A DNA stretch of 64,000 bases from Deltaproteobacteria bacterium. Its GTDB lineage: Bacteria > Bdellovibrionota_C > UBA2361 > SZUA-149 > JAITKM01. Below are positions 39,109 through 48,724 of the stretch, in pieces; position 1 is the first letter of the stretch; each line of letters opens with the position of its first letter. Under the pieces are notes generated by a model. The model did not search any database, was not told the DNA's origin, and saw only the letters and a list, made by a program, of their open reading frames with translations. The stretch spans positions 139,805 through 203,804 of the forward strand of contig JAITKM010000007.1 in NCBI GenBank assembly GCA_031278395.1. Direction: 5' to 3'. The position numbers and the translations under genes are program-made.

Positions 39109-39516
39109 TTAATTTACTGTTTGCAGCGAAACATTACTGCCGCCGGATTGGTTGATGACTTCCATAACTGAAACAAGTTGTTGTGTAGTAGAGCTCCGCT
39201 CCGCTTGTAACAGGATAGCTTGTTGCGGGTCTGTGTTTAATTGTCTAGTTAACTGCTTTTTTAATTCGGCTAAGTTAATCGGGGATTTATTGAAAAAAAT
39301 ACTACCATCCTTAGTAACGGAAATAACTAAGACACTTTTTTTATTCATCTCAATTGTATTCTGTGATTCTGTTTGGGGTAAATCAAGCTTAAGCCCCTGT
39401 AGATCAATAAATGAACTGGTAACCGAAAAAAACAACAGCAATAAAAACACTACGTCAATTAGTGGCGCCATGGTAATTTCTGGTTTTATTTTATGAGGAT
39501 TGGTAAACTTCAACAT
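39109..39516 (-). CDS. ExbD/TolR-family protein
   Basis: 135 aa with an N-terminal TM (PLIDVVFLLLLFF) and a periplasmic domain. Confidence 0.75.
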   Translation of the reverse strand: MLKFTNPHKIKPEITMAPLIDVVFLLLLFFSVTSSFIDLQGLKLDLPQTESQNTIEMNKKSVLVISVTKDGSIFFNKSPINLAELKKQLTRQLNTDPQQAILLQAERSSTTQQLVSVMEVINQSGGSNVSLQTVN

Positions 39517-40133
39517 GACTTAAAGTATATAATAATTCTGGTAACATTATTTTTCATCAGTGCTTTGCATTTTTCAATCTCAGTATCCAAATAGTAATAA
39601 ACTACCGTGTAAGGAATAGCGATAATTAAACCAAACGCTGTAGTTAAAAGCGCTTTCCAAATGCCTCCACCCAACAAAGCCGGATTAATTTGATTGCCCG
39701 CTATCTCAATTCCACGAAAAACGTCAATCATACCTAATACCGTGCCTAACAAACCAAGCAAAGGACTAAGTGTAATAATAGTAGCTAACAACCGCAGCCA
39801 CGAATTAAGCGCGCCCACAAGATTAGCGCCGACACGTTCAAGCTCAATTTCTATATCTGGAGCTGATAATTTATTAGCGGAACAAAGCTTTGTCGCAACT
39901 TCCATAATACTTGCCACTGGTGAAGGAGTTAATTTTAAATTGTTTAAGGCAAGCGCCAGGTCCTTATTTTCTAAAGCGTTAAAAAATAAATCAGCAAAGT
40001 GCGTATCACTCAATTTTAATTTTTTAAACTCAAAAAGCTTGTAAAGAGTAAGCGCCAGCGCCACGATTGAGCAAAGCAACAGCGGATACATGACCCATCC
40101 GCCTCTAGTTAAATATTCAATTAAAAGTGCCAT
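39510..40133 (-). CDS. MotA/TolQ/ExbB-family proton channel
   Basis: Three TM helices and the conserved C-terminal block GLLGTVLGMI. The ATG at 40133 (MALLIEYL) is preferred over the ORF-track start at 40211. Confidence 0.75.
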   Translation of the reverse strand: MALLIEYLTRGGWVMYPLLLCSIVALALTLYKLFEFKKLKLSDTHFADLFFNALENKDLALALNNLKLTPSPVASIMEVATKLCSANKLSAPDIEIELERVGANLVGALNSWLRLLATIITLSPLLGLLGTVLGMIDVFRGIEIAGNQINPALLGGGIWKALLTTAFGLIIAIPYTVVYYYLDTEIEKCKALMKNNVTRIIIYFKSC

Positions 40134-40498
40134 AAAGTTAGATTTTTTAAGCGGACAAAATCGCGCGAGGTTTTCCGAGAGTGTGAAATGAACCGCTGCG
40201 AATTTTGGCACGCTCCTATAAATTTTGCTAAGAACTACGCGACAGGCGGGGAGTTAGCACATTAGTTTAATTTTGGCACTGCTTTTGCTTATTAGAGTCG
40301 AGGTAGAAAATTAAGAAATAAAAAATAAATAATATTATGAAGAATTAATCTAATATTAATAGCTAATTATGGAAGAAAAAAAGGTTTTAAATTGGAATTT
40401 TTGATTTTTAATAAAATAAGTTTTTGCCTTTTAGTGTCGGTTTTTTGACAAAATTATTTCGACTCTAGGTTTAAAATGACATTTTTTGGAACTTTAAT

Positions 40499-41260
40499 AT
40501 GATAAAGACAATGATAAATATTACTTTTTTTGGACTGCTAGCAATCTCGGCTGTGTCTCTAATTTTAAGTGTTAAAGACAAGTTCAAAAAACACAAAGAA
40601 CTAGATGCTAAAGCGGAAATGCAAAAACTTCAGGACTATCTTAAGGAGTTAATAGATTCTGCGGAACGTGCCAGCGCTAACCTCAATGAGCAATTAATGA
40701 TCCGTAGAAATGAGTTAGAGGAATTGCTACTGAAAATTTCAGCAGCAGAAAAAAGTATCCTTGAAAAGGAACAAGAACTATCTAGTAAAAAATTTGTTTT
40801 AAAAGAAAACCCATTAGATACAGTTTCATCCTTATCAGATAGTATTGAACTTACAGTAACGAATGCAATTGAAACCAAGAAAAAACGTTCAACCAAAAAG
40901 AAAGACTTCACGCTCGGTGCTTTATTTGGCTCTAATAGAACAGAAGTGGCAGATCCTTATTTAGTTAGCGCCGCAGATTTAGAAAGCAATTTGCTTAATG
41001 CTCCAGCAGCTGAATTAGATGAAATAACGCTTGCAGCAGCTCCACAAGACAAAAGTTCTGAGCTAGTCAATGAAATAGTCGCGTTAGAGAGTGGTAGCGA
41101 TAATTTAGAATTTGTTAGGTATCTTGATCCAATAACTTTGAAAATTGCCAGACGTTTGTTTGGTCAGGGATATTCTGAGCAGATAATTTCAAAGAAGTTA
41201 GATATTTCTGTCTCTCAAGTAAGAGTTTTAGAACGATATTTAGCCACACAAAATATTTAA
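40499..41260 (+). CDS. Hypothetical N-terminally anchored coiled-coil protein upstream of the flagellar rod genes
   Basis: TM helix plus a long coiled coil; 10 bp upstream of flgF, so possibly a flagellar accessory protein. Confidence 0.4.
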   Translation: MIKTMINITFFGLLAISAVSLILSVKDKFKKHKELDAKAEMQKLQDYLKELIDSAERASANLNEQLMIRRNELEELLLKISAAEKSILEKEQELSSKKFVLKENPLDTVSSLSDSIELTVTNAIETKKKRSTKKKDFTLGALFGSNRTEVADPYLVSAADLESNLLNAPAAELDEITLAAAPQDKSSELVNEIVALESGSDNLEFVRYLDPITLKIARRLFGQGYSEQIISKKLDISVSQVRVLERYLATQNI

Positions 41261-41269
41261 AATTAATTT

Positions 41270-42028
41270 ATGGATAGAGGTATATATACATCAACATCTG
41301 GTGGCATGGTTGCAGAAAGACGCATTGAGATTGTGAGTAACAATCTCGCCAACGTCAATACAGCTGGTTTTAAAGGTCAACGAATTGTTTCCAGACAACA
41401 AGAATTTGCCGATACTTTAGCTAGCGTAATTGCTACAACTCCAAACTATGCGCAATCAGAACACGCTTATACGCCTGGCGTGGTTGATATCACAGCCGAA
41501 ACAGATTTTTCCAGCGGACCTATTAATCATACTGGTAACCCCTTAAATGTAGCCTTAGGTGAAGCGGATGGTTTTTTTGTAGTGCAAGTTGGCGATGAAG
41601 AACGTTACACGCGGGCAGGAAGTTTTACGCTCAATGCTAATCGTGAGCTGGTAACTGCCGATGGTCAACATGTTTTAGGTGCTGACGGTATTATAACTTT
41701 GCCAGCCACAGGTAAAGCTTCCATTTCCGAAAATGGAACAGTTCTTGCGGGAGAACAGGTTGTTAGCAAACTCCGAGTAGTTAAAGTTACGGATAAAGCG
41801 CTGCTAGAAAGAATAGACGGCACAAGATTTAAGTTTAGCGGGGACGGAGAAACTACAGAAATGCCAGAATATCGGTTAGCTACTGAATCTTTGGAAATGC
41901 CTAATGTTTCAACAGTTAGCTCAATGGTTGAGCTAATTAGCGCGTCGCGAACCTTTGAGGCGTATACCAAAACAGTCAAAACTATTGATGAAATAAATGA
42001 ACGAGTTACTAAATTAGTCAGAGGCTGA
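41270..42028 (+). CDS. flgF: Flagellar basal-body rod protein FlgF
   Basis: N-terminal rod motif SGGMVAERRIEIVSNNLANVNTAGFK and a C-terminal rod domain. Confidence 0.7.
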   Translation: MDRGIYTSTSGGMVAERRIEIVSNNLANVNTAGFKGQRIVSRQQEFADTLASVIATTPNYAQSEHAYTPGVVDITAETDFSSGPINHTGNPLNVALGEADGFFVVQVGDEERYTRAGSFTLNANRELVTADGQHVLGADGIITLPATGKASISENGTVLAGEQVVSKLRVVKVTDKALLERIDGTRFKFSGDGETTEMPEYRLATESLEMPNVSTVSSMVELISASRTFEAYTKTVKTIDEINERVTKLVRG

Positions 42029-42056
42029 GGTAATTATAAATAAGGAATAAAAAATT

Positions 42057-42848
42057 ATGCTTAGATCATTATATATTGGCGCAACTGGGATGATAGCTCA
42101 ACAACTTAGTTTGGACGTTGTTGCTAATAACTTAGCTAATGCTAATACCACTGGATACAAGAAAGGACGCGCAGATTTTCAAGACTTAATGTATCAAATT
42201 GTGCAAGAGCCGGGAACTACTGCTAATCAAGCCGGCACAGGTCCAACAGGTATTCAAGTTGGTCTGGGTGTGCGTCCAGCCGCAGTAGGAAAAATTTTTA
42301 CCCAGGGCGATTTTCAATCAACTAATAATCCTCTGGATGTCGCTATTGAAGGTGACGGATTTTTCCAGATAACACTGCCGAATGGCGAATCTGCTTATAC
42401 TAGATCAGGAGCTTTTAAAATTAACGAAGATGGTTATTTAACAACTGCGGAAGGCTATTTAGTTGAACCAAATATTGCCCTGCCCGCAGATACTTTAGAA
42501 ATTACAATTTCTGCAGCTGGGACTGTCGCGGTTAGTCAGCCTAATGCTAGCGCTTTAAATACGGTTGGAGAATTGCAGGTTGCAAGATTCCAAAATCCCG
42601 CGGGCTTACGGGCTATAGGCAAAAATTTATTTCAAGAAACTGAATCTTCAGGAGCGCCAACACTGGCTGTGCCTGGTGAAGATGGTAGCGGAACTTTAGC
42701 GCAAAGGTTTTTGGAAGGTTCAAATGTAAGTGTTGTAGAAGAAGTTGTGCAAATGGTTACTAGTCAACGAGCATATGAAGCTAATTCAAAAGTGATTCAA
42801 ACCGCCGATCAAATTTTGCAATTAGCGCTTAATTTAAAGAGGTCTTAA
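42057..42848 (+). CDS. flgG: Flagellar distal rod protein FlgG
   Basis: MLRSLYIGATGMIAQQLSLDVVANNLANANTTGYKK and the C-terminal QRAYEANSKVIQTADQIL. Confidence 0.85.
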   Translation: MLRSLYIGATGMIAQQLSLDVVANNLANANTTGYKKGRADFQDLMYQIVQEPGTTANQAGTGPTGIQVGLGVRPAAVGKIFTQGDFQSTNNPLDVAIEGDGFFQITLPNGESAYTRSGAFKINEDGYLTTAEGYLVEPNIALPADTLEITISAAGTVAVSQPNASALNTVGELQVARFQNPAGLRAIGKNLFQETESSGAPTLAVPGEDGSGTLAQRFLEGSNVSVVEEVVQMVTSQRAYEANSKVIQTADQILQLALNLKRS

Positions 42849-42852
42849 TTAT

Positions 42853-43476
42853 ATGGATTATTTAACTAATTATTTAATGAAATGGTTTTTATTTGGAATT
42901 ATTTTGTTAATTCCAGCTTTAGTTTTGGCTGAAGAAGATCGACGTCTAATTGTCTCTATTCCGCAACAGGTGGAAGTCGGCTGTGAACAGGTTACGTTAG
43001 GAGAAATTGCTGAGATAATTTATAAAACTGACGCGCAAATTGATTTAGCTTCTAGGCTGGCAGAATTAAATCTTGGCATTGCACCGCAGCCCCAAATTAC
43101 TAAGCAGCTTGCCGGTGAGGAAATTTTAAAGAGCATTGAGGCAATTGGAATTTCACGCAATGCTATTGGTTATAGTATTCCGCAACAAGTTAGTATCAAG
43201 AGAGTTAATAAAAAATTAGACTTTGAAGTTGCTAAGCCTAGTAACAATCAAGCTAATAAGCTTAACCCCAAAGCCGATAAAGTTGCGCCTTTAATTGTTA
43301 AAGGTAAGCCAATTAACGTGTTGTATAAGGATGGGTTGCTTTCGGTTATGTTAAGCGGCACTGCCTTGGGGGCAGCTGATAAAAATGAAGTTTTAATGGT
43401 TAAAAATACTAAATCTCATAAGGTGATTAAAACTAAAGTTATTAATTCAGAGTTAGCAGAGGCGCTAGTTGAGTAG
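42853..43476 (+). CDS. flgA: Flagellar P-ring assembly chaperone FlgA
   Basis: Signal peptide, SAF-like C-terminal domain, and position between flgG and flgH. Confidence 0.7.
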   Translation: MDYLTNYLMKWFLFGIILLIPALVLAEEDRRLIVSIPQQVEVGCEQVTLGEIAEIIYKTDAQIDLASRLAELNLGIAPQPQITKQLAGEEILKSIEAIGISRNAIGYSIPQQVSIKRVNKKLDFEVAKPSNNQANKLNPKADKVAPLIVKGKPINVLYKDGLLSVMLSGTALGAADKNEVLMVKNTKSHKVIKTKVINSELAEALVE

Positions 43477-43519
43477 ACTGTGTAGCATAGCTAATTGTGG
43501 CTATGTTCAAAGGAAAGAT

Positions 43520-44392
43520 ATGAAAAGCATAAATTTAATTTTAGTGTTGTTGCTAGGTTCCGCCTGTTCGCTAGGCAATACAGATGATAAATTCCATTAT
43601 GGCGCTGTCCCAGCCCGATCTTTTGCAAAATCAGTTCATGCTGGGCAGAATAAAGATTTTTCTGTGTATTTAGCTTTAAATGAAAATTCTGGATTGAATA
43701 CCGCAGAGCAGCCCAGCCAAGATACTAAAAGTTTAATGAATATTGCTATGCCGCTAGCAAACTATGTTGGTCAGCAATATGCTGGTGACCCATATGCTGA
43801 CCCGCTAGCAGATCCAAGGCAGGTTAAAAATCCATCTTTGTGGACGGATGATGGTAATACATATGGAATGTTTCGAGATTTAAGAGCCTATCAACCGATG
43901 GATGTAGTAACGGTGTTAATTCGTGAAAATAATTTTGGTAAGAAAAAAGCCGATACTAAAACAGATAGCAAGTTTAGTATTTCAGCTGGAATTGCCGCTT
44001 TATTTGGATTGGAGAAAAAGGTTGAAAGCGTGATGCCGTCTGATTTTAATGCCAATTCAATGGTGGACGCTACGACCAATAGTAAATTAGACGCTAAGGG
44101 CGAGACTAAGCGTGAAGGTTCGCTGACGGGGACGATTTCAGCGGTTATTATGGAGGTTCTGCCAAACGGTCTGATGCGCATTGAAGGTTCAAAAATTATC
44201 AGCATGAATGCAGAAGAAGAGATTATGGTGATTAGTGGGTTAGTTAGGCAGCGCGATATTAATGCTGAGAATAGTATTGATTCGAGTAGAATCGCTAATA
44301 TGCGGATAGATTTTTATGGTAAAGGCACACTGGGAGAGATTCAGGAACCGGGCTGGTTGTATGGGTTTTTAAAGAAAATAATGCCATTTTAA
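43520..44392 (+). CDS. flgH: Flagellar L-ring lipoprotein FlgH
   Basis: Lipobox LLGSAC and the FlgH motif DVVTVLIREN. The ATG at 43520 with aaggaaag is preferred over the ORF-track start at 43469. Confidence 0.85.
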   Translation: MKSINLILVLLLGSACSLGNTDDKFHYGAVPARSFAKSVHAGQNKDFSVYLALNENSGLNTAEQPSQDTKSLMNIAMPLANYVGQQYAGDPYADPLADPRQVKNPSLWTDDGNTYGMFRDLRAYQPMDVVTVLIRENNFGKKKADTKTDSKFSISAGIAALFGLEKKVESVMPSDFNANSMVDATTNSKLDAKGETKREGSLTGTISAVIMEVLPNGLMRIEGSKIISMNAEEEIMVISGLVRQRDINAENSIDSSRIANMRIDFYGKGTLGEIQEPGWLYGFLKKIMPF

Positions 44393-44404
44393 AGACAGAT
44401 TAAG

Positions 44405-45511
44405 ATGAAAAAAGTAATTTTGCTGATAGTATTTTTGTTGCAATTGCAGGTGTTAAATACTGCTCAGGCTATTCGCTTGAAAGACATTGCGGATGTTGAA
44501 GGTGTGCGAGGTAATGACTTGATTGGTTATGGATTGGTGATTGGCTTAAAAGGCACTGGTGATAAAGGGGGGATGGCATTTACTAACCAGAGTATGGCGA
44601 ACATGCTGGAGCGGATGGGGATTCGAGTTAATAGTAAAGATTTAAAATTGCAAAATGTGGCTGCGGTTATGGTAACGGCAAAATTGCCAGCTTTTGCCAG
44701 ACCTGGCATGAACATTGATGTTAATATTTCATCGATTGGTGATGCCCAGACTTTGCAAGGGGGAGTATTGACTTTGACTGCACTCAAAGGTCCTGATGGT
44801 CAAGTTTATGCTGTAGCTCAAGGACCGCTAGCAGTTGGCGGTTTTAGTATGGATACGCCAACTGGTGATACAATTATGAAAAATCACCCGACAGTTGGAT
44901 TTATTTCTAAAGGGGCAACTGTAGAAAAGGCAGTGCCTTTTGATTTATTTGCGTCAGGGCAGGTGCGGATTATGTTAAAGCATCCAGATTTTGTTACAGC
45001 TATTCGGATTCAGGATGCAATTAATGCTAATTTAGGTAAAAAGATAGCCAAAGCCATGGATAATGTAAGTGTAGTTATTCCTTTAGAGATGTTAAATGTT
45101 AGTGAGCCAGTTAAATTTATTTCTGCTATTTCGCAGGTGGAAGTCATTCCAGATACAGAGGCGCGAGTTGTAATTAATGAAAAGACTGGCACGATTATCA
45201 TGGGCGAGAATGTACGAATTTCAACGGTAGCAATTGCACATGGAAACCTCAATATCAATGTGCAGAAAGAAGTTGATGTTGTACAACCTGCGCCTTTCTC
45301 GGATGGAGAAACTGTAGTTGTGGAAAATCAGAGAGTTTCAGCTGAAGAAGAGGCGGGGCAGTTGATGTTAATGAAAATGAATAAAAGTGTGCAACTTGCA
45401 GACGTGGTTAAAGCGCTTAATGCACTTGGAGCTACGCCGCGGGATTTAATGGCAATACTTGAGGCGTTAAAAAAGTCTGGAGCAATGCACGCTGAGTTAG
45501 TAGTGATGTAA
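44405..45511 (+). CDS. flgI: Flagellar P-ring protein FlgI
   Basis: 368 aa with a signal peptide and IRLKDIADVEGVRGNDLIGYGLVIGLKGTGD. Confidence 0.9.
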   Translation: MKKVILLIVFLLQLQVLNTAQAIRLKDIADVEGVRGNDLIGYGLVIGLKGTGDKGGMAFTNQSMANMLERMGIRVNSKDLKLQNVAAVMVTAKLPAFARPGMNIDVNISSIGDAQTLQGGVLTLTALKGPDGQVYAVAQGPLAVGGFSMDTPTGDTIMKNHPTVGFISKGATVEKAVPFDLFASGQVRIMLKHPDFVTAIRIQDAINANLGKKIAKAMDNVSVVIPLEMLNVSEPVKFISAISQVEVIPDTEARVVINEKTGTIIMGENVRISTVAIAHGNLNINVQKEVDVVQPAPFSDGETVVVENQRVSAEEEAGQLMLMKMNKSVQLADVVKALNALGATPRDLMAILEALKKSGAMHAELVVM

Positions 45512-45652
45512 GTAGCATAGGCAATCTTGCCTGTGCGTGGTGAGCTAAAATTAGCTGCGATTAATTTCGCAAAATCGTTCAACGTCGTGTGAATTTTGTT
45601 CGTTCGCATAAATGTATATTGAGGTTGAACTCTTAAAGGTTAAACTAAGAAG

Positions 45653-46000
45653 ATGACACGTATAGGAAATAATTTCATAGCTGAGTATGCAAAAAGTTCA
45701 GACTTGACCTTAGTCAATAATAGTCTTGAAAAGGTAAAAAATTTGTCAAAACAAGAAGTTAACAACGAAAAAAAAATAAAAGAAGCTACTAACGGTTTTG
45801 AGGCATTATTATTGCAAGAAATGTTTAAATCTTTATGGTCAACGGTTGAAACCAAGGGGTGGATGGGAGAGACAGAGTCAAATGAAGCTAAGATTTATAG
45901 AGATATGTTAAATCAAGCATTGGCAGATTCTATTGCGTCAGGTAAAGGCATTGGGATTAAAGATGTTGTGAAGAAGGAATTTAGTAAAGGTAGTTTGTAG
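45653..46000 (+). CDS. flgJ: FlgJ-like rod-binding protein (rod-binding domain only; no muramidase domain)
   Basis: FEALLLQEMFKSLW matches the Rod-binding domain family; 115 aa. Confidence 0.65.
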   Translation: MTRIGNNFIAEYAKSSDLTLVNNSLEKVKNLSKQEVNNEKKIKEATNGFEALLLQEMFKSLWSTVETKGWMGETESNEAKIYRDMLNQALADSIASGKGIGIKDVVKKEFSKGSL

Positions 46001-46062
46001 TTTCTATGGTGTATTGTATAGCGATATTTTGCAATAAAGATTAAGGATATGAGGATAACATT

Positions 46063-46386
46063 ATGAATATTTCAGAGATTTTAAAAAACACTTTAGGTCA
46101 GAACACAATAAATGAAAGTTCAAAATCAGTAAAAGCTAATCCGATACAGGATAATGAAGAGAGCAGTAATTTGCAGGAAGACAATAAAGTTTTTGCTGAA
46201 GACACGGTTTCGTTATCTCCTACTTCCAGACAGTTGGCTCAAATTTCTAAGATAATTGCGGATGATAATGTAGCGCGAGCTGAGAAAGTTGCCACTTTAA
46301 AACGCCAAATTTCAAATGGTGAATACAATATTTCGTCTTACGAAGTTGGTAAAGCTTTATTAGATTATATTGAAGCTGATCTTTGA
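46063..46386 (+). CDS. flgM: Anti-sigma-28 factor FlgM
   Basis: C-terminal EKVATLKRQISNGEYNISSYEVGKALLDYI matches the FlgM family; 107 aa. Confidence 0.65.
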   Translation: MNISEILKNTLGQNTINESSKSVKANPIQDNEESSNLQEDNKVFAEDTVSLSPTSRQLAQISKIIADDNVARAEKVATLKRQISNGEYNISSYEVGKALLDYIEADL

Positions 46387-46437
46387 GCAGTTGATGTATG
46401 GCTCAGTGAAATGTAAAAATCGGAACCAAAGTTCAAT

Positions 46438-47334
46438 TTAAATACTATTTGAGTCAGCGTTAAACCACTGAGCTAGCGATTTATCTAAAGCTAGACTAAA
46501 CTCCTCTAAAGTAATTCCAAAAGCAGACTTGAAAGCTAATTCTTCGTTAGTATTGTTTTTTAAGCTTTTGAGAAAAATTAGCACCTTAGCCATACCATGT
46601 TTTGCAACTAAATATTTGGTGGCATATAAGGATTTGGCATATGCTATTGAAGCCGTTTGTTGATCAATATTAATAAATCCTGTGGATAATTTTTGAATTG
46701 ATAAGTTGCTAGAATTAGTGGCTAGCCAGTTTTTTAAGGCTGGGGCTAATAAATTATTTTGTTTGGATTCCAGCATTTGAGCTAAGCCTTCGTCGAGCCA
46801 CGCCGGACATTTTTCGCCTGCTATTTCGCTAATTAAGGCATGTGTATATTCGTGGCGCAAAGTGTTTTGTAGGGTGGTGTTATTTTTAACAATATTTTTT
46901 GAGCCGTTATCAAGTGGAATTATAATTTCGTGATTGTGATATAAGGCGTTTGCCCAGCGTGGAGCTTTTAAGTCACGTACAAATTTATAGCGTGGCATAA
47001 GTCGCAAAACAATTTTTTGTTTTGGCGAATATTTGAATATTTGTTCAACTTCGTTGGCAGATACTTCAAGATTATTGAGATAAACTTGGGCTACGTCTTG
47101 AATGTTTGCACCTTTGATAACGCTAAGCGCTTGATTAGTGTCGTGAAAAAGTATAAATTTTGCAGTGGAGATTATATTTAGGTTGTTAGAATCTGTTGAC
47201 TTGGCTAAGGATTTTGCCAGATAGGGGGTAGTATTTAGAGAGTATTTGTGTCCGGTTGTTGGGGGTTGGGCTAAGACCAAAACCGGAAAAGAGAAAACAA
47301 CAAAAACAGCAAGCAAATTTAATTTTAAATTCAT
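46438..47334 (-). CDS. Secreted protein with an HExxH...E (gluzincin-like) motif
   Basis: Signal peptide, then LRHEYTHALISEIAGEKCPAWLDEGLAQ. Confidence 0.4.
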   Translation of the reverse strand: MNLKLNLLAVFVVFSFPVLVLAQPPTTGHKYSLNTTPYLAKSLAKSTDSNNLNIISTAKFILFHDTNQALSVIKGANIQDVAQVYLNNLEVSANEVEQIFKYSPKQKIVLRLMPRYKFVRDLKAPRWANALYHNHEIIIPLDNGSKNIVKNNTTLQNTLRHEYTHALISEIAGEKCPAWLDEGLAQMLESKQNNLLAPALKNWLATNSSNLSIQKLSTGFINIDQQTASIAYAKSLYATKYLVAKHGMAKVLIFLKSLKNNTNEELAFKSAFGITLEEFSLALDKSLAQWFNADSNSI

Positions 47335-47536
47335 ATTACTACCGAAAGTTTTTTTTACAGGCTATCATCTGTTGTTTAATAGTCTATAAATATGGCATTT
47401 GTTTTTTAATTTATTTTAATCTATTCGTCATCTTTGAAGAAAAAAATAAATTGATATTTTAGTTTTTATAACATATTAATTTTATTAATATTATTTCGAT
47501 AGGTTTTAGATGTTACACACTACTAGTAAGGAAGGG

Positions 47537-48724
47537 CTAATAATTCTCCCTTATCACCTGAGTTTTAAAATCTTTTAAAACATTCATATAATAAATAAAG
47601 GCGTCGAAAGGGCTGTCAAAAGGTGAAAAATAAGCATGCACATCACCATCGGCTTTAAACTTATTGCTCATATAATAGAAGTGATCTGAAGTTTGAAGCT
47701 TTTTGTAAGTTTCAATTATCCAGTGGTTTTGCGTAGCATAAACTTGATTTTTTAAACTATAAATTGCCTTTAAAGCTTTTTTCTGCATTCGATTGCCTTG
47801 CCAAGCGCTTAAATCACGTTCTGCATCCGCCCAAGAAGTTGTGTGCTTGAAAGATATTTCAGCCACTGCGTTATAATCTCGAATTGTTTCTGACGGAGTT
47901 TTAAATTGCCACGCCGGATGACTTAAAACCTTTTCCGGCAATTCTCTTAAAAAGTTGAAAATTCCTGTTTCTGCCCACTGATGCTCGCCAAAAGTTTCAT
48001 AATCCATAAAGAGATTGATCGTTTGGACTTCATTTGTATAGCGCTGTAGCCAACTTGCAAACTTTTCTGGAGTTAGCGGAAAATCTTTCCATTTGTGATT
48101 GGAAAATCGAAAAGCAATGTCGTCTGAATAACCATAGTTTTTAAGAAGTAGCTTAACGCAAGACGCCGGAGCCTGATAAATATAATTCGGACTTGCTCCA
48201 CCTAGAACTTGCTCCACGCCTTCAGCTAAAATTGCCGTGTAGCCCAAACCAGCAATTAAATACCCAATGCGGTCGTCATAGATTAGTTCAGTGTTACGAA
48301 AAACTTGCGGTGTTTGATTAAACTCACTTTGAATTAATAGCCGATGTCTGAGAACTTGATTAATAAATTCCTCTTCATCATAAAGCACAGCTAACGAGTG
48401 GTAGTAAGTTTCACCTAAAAATTCTACACAACCTGTTTGGGCTAAGGCTTTAAAACTCTCAATGACTTCTGGAGCAAACTGCGCAAATTGTTCAAAGGCT
48501 ACACCAGTAATTGAATAGGCAACTTTAAATTTTCCTTGGTACTTATCAATTAAATTCAGGATTAAATTATTGGTTGGTAGATAACATTTTTCTGCGACTT
48601 TTTTAATAATCGAGCTGTTTTTATAGCCGTCAAAATAATATAAATCTGGCGATATTTCAAAAAAAGAAAACTTCTTAATGCGGTAAGGCTGATGAACTTG
48701 AAAATAAAAACAGATACTAGGCAT
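47537..48724 (-). CDS. Glycoside hydrolase family 57 protein
   Basis: N-terminal ICFYFQVHQPYR (the GH57 hallmark). The ATG at ~48724 lies 4 bp after the upstream gene's stop; the ORF-track start at 48811 overlaps the upstream gene. Confidence 0.75.
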   Translation of the reverse strand: MPSICFYFQVHQPYRIKKFSFFEISPDLYYFDGYKNSSIIKKVAEKCYLPTNNLILNLIDKYQGKFKVAYSITGVAFEQFAQFAPEVIESFKALAQTGCVEFLGETYYHSLAVLYDEEEFINQVLRHRLLIQSEFNQTPQVFRNTELIYDDRIGYLIAGLGYTAILAEGVEQVLGGASPNYIYQAPASCVKLLLKNYGYSDDIAFRFSNHKWKDFPLTPEKFASWLQRYTNEVQTINLFMDYETFGEHQWAETGIFNFLRELPEKVLSHPAWQFKTPSETIRDYNAVAEISFKHTTSWADAERDLSAWQGNRMQKKALKAIYSLKNQVYATQNHWIIETYKKLQTSDHFYYMSNKFKADGDVHAYFSPFDSPFDAFIYYMNVLKDFKTQVIRENY

